Source of the DNA: Tubiluchus corallicola
Taxonomy: Eukaryota; Animalia; Priapulida
NCBI GenBank assembly: GCA_030141605.1
Contig: JAQGDQ010000023.1
Location: 372,001-436,000, forward strand
DNA: 64,000 bases
Direction: 5' to 3'
Positions 12,150 through 26,169 of the stretch are shown piece by piece; the first letter of the stretch is position 1, and each line of letters begins with the position of its first letter. The notes under the pieces are model-generated. The model ran no database searches. It was not told the DNA's origin and was given only the letters and a program-made list of their open reading frames with translations. The position numbers and the translations under genes were made by a program.

Positions 12150-14060
12150 CTTTAACGCTGATCTTTTATTTGTCTTTTCCAAGTTTAATATCTTTATTTG
12201 TCTTTATCCTGTATTCCATACATTCGTTCACTAGATTTCTAATTTCTAGCAATCCTTCCTTTTCACTGTTCATTAATACATCTGAGTTCAAAATTTCTTC
12301 AAACAGCGGGAAATGCACAAATTCAGTTGCCTCTTTTAATATTCTAGGATTTGCATTATCAGGACCTGCAACCTTGTTTACATTAATTTTAAGCAATAAT
12401 TTCTTAACATTTTTTCAGCCTAGAAATGGGTGAGCGAATCTTGTTTCTGCTATTTACATATTGCATGCTTCTGGATTCTTTTTGACTTTTTTGTAAAGTT
12501 CTTTTTCATGGTCAACTTTTATTAAATGACGGCGCCGTTCCCCTTTTTAACGTATTCCATGTAGCATCTGTGGGACCTTGATTCACGATACCTTTGAAAA
12601 GCAAAATACTTTTTTCTTACTACTCATCTAGCTCTATGACTAAACTAGGGTGGGTTTACTTTTCCCTTATTTGTAACTTTTAATTTTAGCGCACACAATT
12701 TTACAATTTGTTTTCTAATTCCAGAAAATGCTTCCCATACGTTTTCAATATCAGTTCCATTGATAAGTTCTGTCAAATCAGCTTGTGATAGCAAGTTACG
12801 CATTTTACAGAATCAACCTTGTTGTTATCATAATACCTACATTGGTCAGCTGATACACATTGTTCAACACTTGTTAAAAATCCCCAGGTTAAAATAATTA
12901 TTATTTTAGCTTTGCCCAGGGGACTGGTAATATATACAGGGCCCGGTTTCACAAAGCTGTCTCTAAGTTAATTACGTCGTTATTGCATTCAGGTAACTAT
13001 TAACAACGTCGTCGTTAAGTTAGTGACAGCTTTGTGAAACTGTATCCAGGTTAAAAACATTATTTTCATTAACTGAAATAACTTAATCAAAACAATTCAG
13101 ATTGTCTCTTCCTCTCTGGCAGGATGGTTGGCTGAGACACATGCTGAATAAGAAATAAATCATTAATCTTGTCATAGAATATGCTGAACAAATAAATTCT
13201 CAAATCATTGTCTCTGTATCGACTTTGACGCTATACTGATATAATATTATATGTAGTTATTCCAGTCTATATCTGGTAAATTAAAATCATCTGCAAATAA
13301 TATTTTACCACTGCTATAAGTTCGACAGCTTTTCGAATCTGCTCAGGCAATTTCATATGGAGTTCAAGAGGGCTGGCCCCCTTATGATAAATTACCTCAA
13401 AAAGGCATTTTAACATTTTCACTTTTTATCCATATATGCACACAAAGCATCCTCAGATTTAACTCAGAGCCATCTAGAAATTTTTTGCTGCTTTTAATGT
13501 AGAGCATTACCCTACCATATATTTCATTTGTACTTTTTCTTACAGGAATATAGCTGTCAACATTTATAAGGCCATCACTAGTCTGATCAATTCAACAAGT
13601 ATCTGTACCAAAAATAATATTAGCCTTAACTTCCTCAACACGCACTAGAAGTTCATCATATTTGCTTAAGAGACTTTCAAAATTATATACATTATATACA
13701 TATTTTGTAAAAGATTCTTAAGAACAAAATAAGTATTTAGTAACAAAAAGTCTTTAACTTGACAGTTTTTGCTAGTAAGCTTTGTTCCACCATCTACTAC
13801 GTTTATTGCCTTTCCACCAAATCGGTCCAGGTCACTTTTGGAGCTGTTCGTAGATCCATGCATGGTGCTGTCTAGTTTCGATGTTCCTCTTTTGATCGAC
13901 CACCAGTCTTCTTACCCTGCTTGAACTGTTTCTTTTCTCTTCGTTTTTAATTTTGCCAACGGTTTTTTGTTTTCTTTCATTGCATTGGAGTCAGATCAGG
14001 CCGTATTCCTTTTCTCTGTGCAAGTGTATTTTTTAACATAGACAACTTTTTTGCCATTTG
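12150..14060 (-). mobile_element. Degenerate non-LTR retrotransposon (LINE, CR1/L2-like): ORF1 C-terminus plus ORF2 endonuclease and linker
   Basis: Interrupted minus-strand translation shows IRPDLTPMQ (ORF1-like, ~14000), ADDFNLPDIDWN (APE GDFN motif, ~13260-13295) and NKVAGPDNANPRILKE (pre-RT motif, ~12340-12380), with stops and frameshifts. Confidence 0.65.
12940..13046. mobile_element. Short palindromic MITE (PIF/Harbinger-like) inserted in the LINE remnant
   Basis: Inverted arms GTTTCACAAAGCTGTCTCTAAGTTAA / TTAAGTTAGTGACAGCTTTGTGAAAC, with a 3-bp CAG direct repeat at 12937-12939 and 13047-13049. Confidence 0.65.
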
Positions 14061-14675
14061 AAGAATATAGTTCTCATGTCAACTGCGACACAAACAGGTC
14101 GAGTAATTATAATTTTATCTAATTAGAAAAATGTAGTTATGCGTTATGTTACAGCTAAATTACTAGTAACAATTTACCATTGATACCAGTTAACTTAGAA
14201 TTGTAAGTAACTTAGACTTAATTACTCTTACTGAATGATGCACAGTTAACAATTTGTCCATAGTGGTTAGTTCAAATTAACATGTATTAAATTTTTTATG
14301 CAAGTCGCATGAAGACTTATTGTTCAACAAATTCATAGACACTGTTAAGTAACACCAATTACTTTTCATGGTAATATGGAAGTCTAGCAGTTGAGATGTG
14401 TCACAACACAAAATAATTAGGTCATTTAAATCACAATAGAAAGAGAGTTTGAATTTTATTTGACTGTATATACCAGTTTCTAGTACCTAAGATCATTAGA
14501 GTACCAATTTCAGCTTTCTCATATTGACAAAACCTGTTAATTGACTCTCATTATTACCGAAAAATGCTAGAAACATCTGGATTCTGGAATATCATAAGCA
14601 GCATGAGGTTATATAGTTTCAAAACTGGAATGCGTATAGTTGCTACCAATTACAGTTTAACACTACCAATTGCTT

Positions 14676-14678
14676 TTA

Positions 14679-14715
<37 letters not shown>

Positions 14716-14720
14716 CATTA
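14676..14720. repeat. (TTA)n microsatellite
   Basis: Run of TTA triplets; explains the spurious poly-Leu ORF 14670..14891. Confidence 0.9.
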
Positions 14721-14804
14721 CCTATTTTTAATAAAAACCTTTCGATGTTCACCACTACTGAGCATACTAAATGTCAAATATCTTTATATTTGTTGGGAGC
14801 GGAG

Positions 14805-15030
14805 AAGGATATATCATTTTTTATTTTGTCTCGTTTCACAGAACATGTGATCCGTTTCACCACCTCTTGGACAAATAATTGTTTTCTATAAAGTAAACAA
14901 GCTAGCGAGCTATGTGCCCTACATAGTTATAATGATGTTAACAGATTGATTAATAGTGATGACATTATTGTGAAAAATACATTTGTAAATTGTCAAGGAC
15001 TATCCATCATTATTATAAAGTTACTTTTTC
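14805..15030 (+). repeat. Diverged, internally deleted copy of the internal sequence of the 10213-11174 element
   Basis: 14807-14925 aligns by eye to ~10569-10685 (ATATCATTTTTTATTTTGTCTCG...GTGATCCGTTTCAC...TTGGACAAATAA) and 14950-15030 to ~10935-11015 (ATCCATCATTATTATAAAGTTA). Confidence 0.65.
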
Positions 15031-15700
15031 AAAGCGCTCTACACATTATAGTTATAGTGTGTGGAAATTTGTTTCATTAAAAAATAATTTTTGAGCTGAA
15101 AGAAGTCGATGAGGGTCTGGGGCAAAGATATCAAGTCTTCTTAACAAGAGTTTCAGTTTATTTCTGTTTTTGTGGCAGCAAATCTGTTAGATGGGCGTTA
15201 GACTCTTTTCGTCCGAGATTATCACTAAAATCAAAAGGGGAAACCTATCTAGAGGGTCAATTACCAGGCACGGTGTTTACGCTTTTTGTAGTTTTCTGAA
15301 AGTTTACAGGTTTCTGCTGATTTGTACCACTAAAGGTAACGTTCAAGATTTTTTGCGTCTGTGATTTATTACTCGGACTATTAATTATCCACATGTAATG
15401 AGTGAGTTACAGCGGGGGTGTACTGGAAATTTTTGGATAGGTTTATATCATTTTTGAGCCCTTGTAAAAAGTAAAAATTTGTACGCCAATAAAAGGGAAA
15501 CAGCAAATTCCAACAGCAAAAATGCGGTTTATTTTAAATGAACTCGACAAGAAAATACTAGGTTATAGTAAAAGGTTTATAGTTAATTAGACCGCCATCG
15601 TCGAGATGATCCCCTCCACCAAGACGCACTACCTAACTCTCATTCGTCATCATCATCTCCGTACATTCTGCACTGCACACAACCAATAACATTGGCGTAA

Positions 15701-17170
15701 CCTCTTCTCTTTTCTCTCAGGTAACACTTAAGTAACACTCCAAGTGGTAACTGCTTCCAGTCCTAACGATGAGTAACATAGGATAAACAGCCATACTCTA
15801 AAGCCTAAGTAAAGATGCTGCACAATACTTTTACCAAATAAATGTAGGTGTCTAAGTTGTAACAAAATAATTTAACTGTAAGAAAAATGTTGCAATTGAA
15901 CCAACAGTACGATAATCACAATATGATAAGTAAGTAAGATAAGATATGCCAAGAAAATTAAATGGAATTACGCCACAGTAGTCATCTCTGACCGGAGAAC
16001 ACATATTACATTTAAACCACTGCTAAACTAAAGTAAGAGTAAAGATGCACAAAACCTGAACTTCAGTGCAGGTTACACTGAACAAACTGGTACAAAACAA
16101 ATTCTGTGATAAAGGCACTAAACGGATTAGTTAGTGACAATAAATGGATGTATATACAAGGCAACTAGAACAATGGAACTTCTCTAACAGCTAGCAAAAG
16201 AAGGTTAAATACATGTGCATATATGTACGTGTCCTTTAGAACAAGTAAGCACAAAAGTAGAAACGTATCAAAATGCTCAATACTCAGTGACATAGTTTTT
16301 CAGGTAAGTTGGGGGCCTGAGACGCCTTTGAGGGCATCGTGCATGTTCTTACGAGTCGTGATGTAACTGGCTGTGGCACTAATCAGTTGGTCTCTTCACC
16401 GAAAGGAGCTACATTTTCAAAATTTCAAAACTCGTGGGTGGAGTATTGATTTCTGTAGGGATGGCTGTGTCAATATAGGGACATCAGGTGTGGATGGATA
16501 TAGGCGAGATGTGACTGATGTCTGAGTGCCCCTCTTCATCATCTGTACTGTCTCGTATTGCACTAATTGTGTGATTATGCTCATGGCTAGGGAGTGAGTA
16601 ACAAGGCACCTTGTAACATTCTGACTTGTTTGCTCTATAAGACTGGTTGCAGAGCTGTGACCCAGTAAAGCGCTTTATGTTAACCCAATCTGTGTCCTCT
16701 GAAGTGATGAGATAGCACTTCTGGGCAAAGGACTTGTCACGATCCTGGTATAAGTACACTATATCGCCAACTTGTTCATCCTCAGGGTATTTGTAGTCAC
16801 GGAGCGGCGCCTTCGACTTTTCATTAGCAGGATGGTTGGCTAGTCTTTGTTGGTGTTGAACACCAATGAATTGGTCATGCTGAAACCACATCTCCCAAGC
16901 AGACAGTCCTCGTGTTCTGATTCAAGCATTGAGATGATTGAGTGCAATAATCAAGTCCACCTGAGAAATAGGACCACCTTCAGGCTGAACATTTAGGAGT
17001 TCAGCCTGTAGTTCTTGGATTGCATGTTCACCTACGGGGTTTTTGTTTGGATTTTTCACTCTTCCCATCTCGATTGACATTCCACATTTTTCTAGCAACG
17101 GATCACCAATCAGGCTCTTAAAACCTTAAGCTGCATCTGTACGAATGACTGCCAGAGGGCCATCTAATAG
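15701..17170 (-). mobile_element. Degenerate LTR retrotransposon (Gypsy-like) integrase fragment with a downstream polypurine tract
   Basis: Minus-strand translation ~17165-16484: GPLAVIRTDAA*GFKSL...GRVKNPNKNPVGEHAIQELQAELL...LNA*IRTRGLSAWEMWFQHDQF...VGDIVYL (rve integrase core and C-terminal region, with stops). Purine tract GAGAGAAAAGAGAAGAGG on the minus strand at 15701-15718. Confidence 0.65.
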
Positions 17171-18465
17171 TACCAAGCAACAAAATATATAAGCATTGGA
17201 GTTAACGAACTATAAAAAATCAACGAGGTAGGCCTATTAGAGATTTACTAAAGCAACTTTAGGAAGAATGTCTGGCCAATGTCAGTTAATTTGTTCAAAA
17301 GGTGATAAATATATAAATATTTTTACTGGTATTTAGACTTACTTATGTAGACCCTAGGTTGCCACAATGGCAACAGGAAGTCTTGTGCCACACTTCATGA
17401 TCACAGTGTCGCCATCTATTTTCTTTATTCTTAATAAAGTAATCAAGGAAGAGTGGAGATGACCATAAGCTGTTATGCTTAACTCTAGTTTTTACTTTGT
17501 TGAATGTTTAAATTTTGTGTATTTGTTATTTTTTATCGGAAATTCTATATGCCATAAGAAGTATAAATTTACATAATATTATGTTGTAAGACACAGTTAT
17601 AATAAGCCATACTTGTCAGGTGCAATAAACAGTTTGCAATTATGGTGTTGTTATATAGTCAACAGTTTCAGTAAGGTCTGATGCAAAAGGCTATTCCAGA
17701 AATATAATTTGACATAGGCACAGTATTCTGACAGAAGTTATATTTTTTATCGTTTATTAATATTAACGGCAACGAAATGCTATTTATTTTCACCCCCACC
17801 CTCTACTTTATAGTAGGTCTGTCCATTGCTTAAGCAAATAGGCTGGGATGCAATGATTCTATGGTTAAGCAGGTAGGCGGATAGGCACATACAACATCTC
17901 AGCACTTGTTCCGTACATGCAGAATGAAACACAAATAGATGTCTGGCAAGTTTTTCTTCTTAAATCTCTCTTCTGTCACTTTACTGGTGCCAACATTACA
18001 ATATGTATTTTATTAAAAACCGTGCAAGATCAAAAAATTGAGTGGAACTGTGCATAGGGCTGGTAGCATGGTACAGTGTGAAAGAATACCGTACCATATC
18101 TACAAAATTTAATTGTGCTGTACTAGCACAATAAAATACCGTACTATATCGTGACATGGTTAATTGTAATAACAATAAGTTTATCAATTATACTACTTAT
18201 TTGAGGTTACAAAAGTTACACGCACTTATACACGAGATATAAATTTATTTAGAGTTATTGTTTCTTAATAAATAATTTTGTGGCAGACATGATGAGTGCT
18301 CCCTAGTGACAAACTTTTAATGATGATTCAATTTGCAGGTCCCTATATTTTCACAAGAATCAATTAAAAACATACTAATACTTACTTTAGGTTAGATGTC
18401 ATTATCATGGTAATTAATAAGATAATATCCTTGAAATACGAGAGAGCTCTCCTGAGACTTGTCAT

Positions 18466-19210
18466 CATTAACAGAAAAAAACGTAGTGCCCTGTATAGTC
18501 TCAAAGATTATAATATTTATTTAGTAGCTTTTGCCCTAACAGATAAAATTTTAAAACAGTATGTACCAATGTAAGAACATTAAAAAAATTCAAAATTGTA
18601 GCTAAACATCATTGGTTTGAAATATAACAAGTTAGAGAAAGAGTATAAATGACTTCATAAGAAGGAAAACAGAACAATACAATTGGTTTTGCCGGGATAA
18701 AATTAAATAAAGAAAGCAAAAAGAATAAATTAACATACCTGAATAGAGAGCTGGCAGCTTGAGAGTTAAGTTTACAAAATTTGACAGTTCATAAACGCTC
18801 AGCAAACATTAGTGTCTCACTGTAACACACCACAGGCACTTATGTTTACTGAGCTTTTATAAAGTGTCAAATTTTGTAAAACTCACTTTCAAGTTACCAG
18901 CACTTTCTATTCAGGTATGTTAATTTATTATTTTTGCTTACTTTATTTAATTTTATTCTGGTGAAACCAATTGTATATCTAGTTATATTTTTTCTTCTTG
19001 TGCAGTCATTTATATTCTTTCTCCGACTTATTATATTTCAAACCAGTGATATTTAGCTGAAATTTGTTTTTTTAATGTTCTTACGTTGGTACATACGTTT
19101 TAACATTTTATCTGTTATTTTCAGCTGATGAGGACTGCTAGAGCAAAAGTTACTGAATAAATATTATAATCTTTGAGATTATAAAGGGCATTACATTTTT
19201 CTCAGCTAAT
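18466..19210. repeat. Large imperfect inverted repeat (foldback), arms ~350 bp, spacer ~20 bp
   Basis: Left arm ~18466-18815 is the diverged reverse complement of right arm ~18836-19210, e.g. TCTCAAAGATTATAATATTTATT / AATAAATATTATAATCTTTGAGA and AATAAATTAACATACCTGAATAGA / TCTATTCAGGTATGTTAATTTATT. Confidence 0.9.
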
Positions 19211-22026
19211 ATCCTGGTTATTCATCCTTTCAATTTTGTAAAACTTAAATTGGCACTAATATTTTTGTTATACATATTAATATATATGTGCTAACACAGA
19301 AGGTAGCTTAAAAAATTTAGTATAATGAGGTACTACAACATCTTTCACAATTTTAAAGTACACTGGCCCCAGGTTAGAGTGTTGGCATTCATGAAAAGAG
19401 TCTTCGCTTGTTACCATGTAAGTTTCAGTTTAGATTGTTAGAGTTCAATATTTCAAAGTCATTTGTTTTTCGCCACTGTTACAGTGTGATTGTTTAATTA
19501 TAGTACGACATAGTTCTGCCATCTACAGGTGGAAATGTCAGTTGAAAAAGCATCTGTATACATTATGGTTCAAATAAATGTTTGAAATTACTAATTGCTT
19601 CAGTCATGTTTAATCTTACTGTGTTTCTTACCATCACATAATTAAGTTGTATATCCGGATTTATAAGTTCAATTGGAACTGAAGAAAGCCTGTAATAAAA
19701 GATCCTGTAATTGTGGCACACTGCACCACCTTTTTTGCTATTTTTGAGAGATTTGAAAATCATGATAAAATGGCCAAAACATCTGTAGATCAGTTTGTAG
19801 AGTTTCTTAATCAAAATTACGTATCTTTTACTATGGAGTGATTTCATTCCGTAACTAGAACATGAGTGCATAAAAATATTGTTGGTCGTTCATGTTATCA
19901 ATAGGAAAGCAGCAGGCAGAGCAGATGCAGTTGTCTATAGAGGTCAGATGGATTTGAAGAATTCAGTACCACCTTTAGGAATGTTTTAGTAACTTGTAGG
20001 TCTGCAAACAATAAAAATATTAATAACGTTTGCGTAGTTGCACCTGGTTGGCTGCGTCATTCATTTTTTAAGCTCTAGATGATTTTAATGTTTTTCATCT
20101 CTGATTTTTTACTTTGTGGTGGCTTTTAAAATCAATCTTATAGTCTTATAGCACTGTTTACAATTAGTATAATGTTATGATTTTTGAATGATTAATTTTA
20201 TAATGATTGTCAATGCTTAATTGTAAGTTGTAACAGACTTTCTAATTGTAACTTTAGTGCATTGAGATCACTTGATGTGATACGAAAAATAAAGTATAAA
20301 TTATTATCATTATTTACATTAATTTACAGTTTCCTGCAGGTAATTGCACTTTTTGGTAATATCACCATAAGCAGAGAGGAAAATGTTTTTGGTGGCAATG
20401 TTAACTGTTGAATATTATTTGCATGTCCGTGATAATTGATTTATTATTGCAAAATGTTTGATATTATGTTTTTTCACATGATCTGACTATAATTGATAGG
20501 ATTTAAGTATAATTTTATGATTTAAAAAAATTAAATGCTATCACAGAGATTTTAAGCTTATAAACAAAATAAGTTTGAAAATGAATTACTGCAGCATAAG
20601 CAAAATTGCATAGGAATGGGACTGACAGTAAAATTAAACAGTGAATAAGAGTAGCAACGTAAACTGTATGTCACATGTTTTCAATAAAGCCATGAAATTT
20701 GTCCTAGTGTTAGTGGCGTTCAAGGGCTTCAGTTTAATGTGTTTCATGTGCTGGGACGCATTTACATAAGTAATACTGTAATCCTGGTTAGTTATACATC
20801 TGTTGAAAACATTGCTATGGTATCAGGATATCTTCTAATTGATTTGTTGTGACAAATCTCTTTAGCTGTTATTTTTAAAAACAGTTTACATTCACAAAGT
20901 TGTCTAATGAATTAATGTATTGCAATGCACAACATATGGTGAATATGCACCACTTTTGTTTCGTAAACTGCCAACTTGAGGTAAGGCTAATCACAGACCG
21001 AGTAATCACTTGGCTATGGAGTTAAGCAAACCCAAACTTACCGTGGAATGAAGCAAGCTGCCCAAAAAACTGGTTTTGTGTAGTTTGGTCTGCAGTATTA
21101 CCCCAGCTATTTCCTTTGTTGAATTAGGGTTGATACGGCTCTGCCGTTTAGTGCCGTTAGTATTATTTTTTCTGTCAACAACCATTATTGTTAGGCAGTT
21201 CTGCATTAATTACTAGATTGTAGTGTGTCAACTTACATAGCAAAATTTGTTTGTTAGTTTTTCACTTTCATCTTTGCGGATGCAGTGCAAGTGAAACTTC
21301 ACCACTAAAAACATTCCCAAAGTGCCACTAGCTCTCAAATGGACAAAATTTGAGAAAACTTAACCTGCATCTAGCAGTATAACGTCACCTCGGCTCATTA
21401 GTCATACATATTGTTTTAAATATAAAAATGCTAAATGCAAATGGTACAGTGTGTTTTCTGCATTTAAATTTAAACAAAACATAAATATATATGGTCAGGG
21501 GTGTTATACAGTCTGGTACTCTGTAAGATGGTATCTAATCGGCATCAACCAAACCTAGCTCATTTTGCAGGATATTCCTGTTTGACGAGACCCTAGAGCA
21601 ATAATTGTGCCTACACTTTCAAATGTACACATTGTCCCTCAATAAGATAACTTGCCTAGAAGCAGTTTTGCTATGCCTCACTCATCCATTTACTGACCTT
21701 GTTTGGCATTACTTAACTGCAGTTCCTAAGCACAGTCCATGACCACTCAGATTTACAAACATGATAGTAAACATATAAAGCTGAGGGTGGTGTAAATGAA
21801 TCAGCTTTTGCAACATTAGAAATGTTTCATAACTCGCTAATGAATGAGATATTCAGCCTGTGCCAGTGTCCTCTAAACTCATATCCTACATGTATTTATC
21901 AAATGGAACATGTAAGAATAATTATAATACACTGTTAATTTTACTAAATCAAAGATTTAATTGTAACTACTGATATTTTTAAAAATAATGATGTTTATTA
22001 ATAGCTGAGAAACTCATACACCAACC

Positions 22027-24225
<2,199 letters not shown>

Positions 24226-26169
24226 CTGTCAACTGCCATTATTAATGCTCTTCGTGCCTGGTCAAAAAGTGGTTATGTGGTCAACCACTCAGTATTTTTG
24301 TATGAATACTCGGACAGTTTTGTAACGTTTTCTATGTCGTTAGAATCAAGTGTGCCAAGTAACTATAGGTAGCTAGTGCAGTATAAATACTGCTTATACG
24401 AATTATATAAATGCTACTGTACGAATTAAGTAGCTATAACCTACCCTGTATATATCTTATTGTACTTTAGAATGTAGAAGTATTTTTGATGGAATTTAAC
24501 ACAAGTCATGTTGGCTGCTATAAAGGTGATCTAAATTAGTTCAGAAATGGTCTGTTACGTGTCCAATTTTCAATAAAAATTTTTATGAGACATTTCATTT
24601 ATTGTTGTTTTCAGTTTAGTTTTACTTCTACATAATACAGCTGTAGTGCAAAAATGTTTTTTAATTGTTTTTGTGCAAGTGAAGTTGTTTATGATTAGGT
24701 AAAAGATGAGTACCTATGGTGAAGCAGTACAAACATAATTTTGGACATGCCTTCGATCACTTAGTTATTTTGGTACAGTCAACTTATGATTTCACTTTCA
24801 AGTTTTGTCCCGATTTATAGCAAAATTGACAAAACCTATATATTGCCATGAAACTTGTCAGTATGAAAAATGTACGTAATACGAAGATTTTCTCAAAGCC
24901 TTGTTAATTATTCGTAATATTAATTTTAAGATGGCTTTTAATGATGGACTATGATGAAGGCAAATTTGTCTAAAAGAAAGGAAAATGTGAAAATTAGTAC
25001 AGAGCTGGGATTTGAACGAGGGACTGTGCTTAATTGGTTGGGTAGCTTGGGACTGAGTAGTCTAGTGGTTATATGGTTAACCTAATAATTTTCTTTCTTT
25101 CTGAGGTGTTTGATTCCAAATTTAATAATTATAGGTTCATTCCATCAGAACAATATACTTTATCTGAAATAACATTCATAGTACAATTTACTTGCACTTA
25201 TTCTTAGTGCATGAACACACTTTATACAAACAAATTACCCAGTCAGTTAAGAAATTAGCACAAGATTTGCAATACTCAGATTGAGAGGAGGCAATACAAT
25301 TTCTAGTTGCCAAGTTTAAGCAGTAGATGCAGTTGTTTAGAAAGGAAGTTTGATATAGGGGGGGGGATTGCTATACATCTTTTTTCTGTGTGGAAGCTAT
25401 TCAGTAATGTCTGCAGTAAAATGTTATTTATCTAGCTAGTTCGGTTGCAAGTATGAACTTCTTTATAGAAAGTACATTATATTGCAAGAAAGCTCAACTT
25501 ATTTACTCATTATGAAAGAATGTTAAAGGTACCTGGGGTCTATTGTATCAAACTTGGTTTATAATGAAAAATACAGGTAAAGCGTACTGGTAAGGCTTGA
25601 TACTAAAAATGTTTTATGTCCCATAAACATAGTGGCTAACTTGAAATTAAGCAACAGATTTGGATTTGGAGTTATTTAAATTTCAAAAGTGTAGTAACCT
25701 AAAATTATTGATACGAAATACTTATTTTTACAAAAAAAATTTTTCAAAAGGTGGATAATTGTCAAACGGTTTATTTACGTCAAGTTTCATGACTAGAACA
25801 AGTGGTTATATCACAGGTAACTTTGTTGTATTTTTATCAAACAGACTAAACACACCATGATTCAAACTCTCAGAAAATCTATGACTTCTATCCATTTTTA
25901 ACAAGCTTGAGATCGCAAAAAAAGCAAACAAATTTTTAAATTAACTGGTCATGATGAAAATATTATCAATTCATCACATTTTGTGAGACATATCACAGCA
26001 TAGAAATTTTCACAAATAGCCTAGTGCATTGCATGGTGTATTACGATTAATGTAAATAGCAGATTAGAAATGCTGAAAATAATTTTGATTTATTATGAAT
26101 AAATGTGATTTGAGTCTTACACTTTACAATAGTAAGCGTAACAATGTCTACAATTTTCAATTTAATAAG

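Noticed and set aside
15480-15700. 3' LTR of the Gypsy-like remnant
   Set aside because: It follows the polypurine tract, but no TG...CA ends or second LTR copy could be identified.
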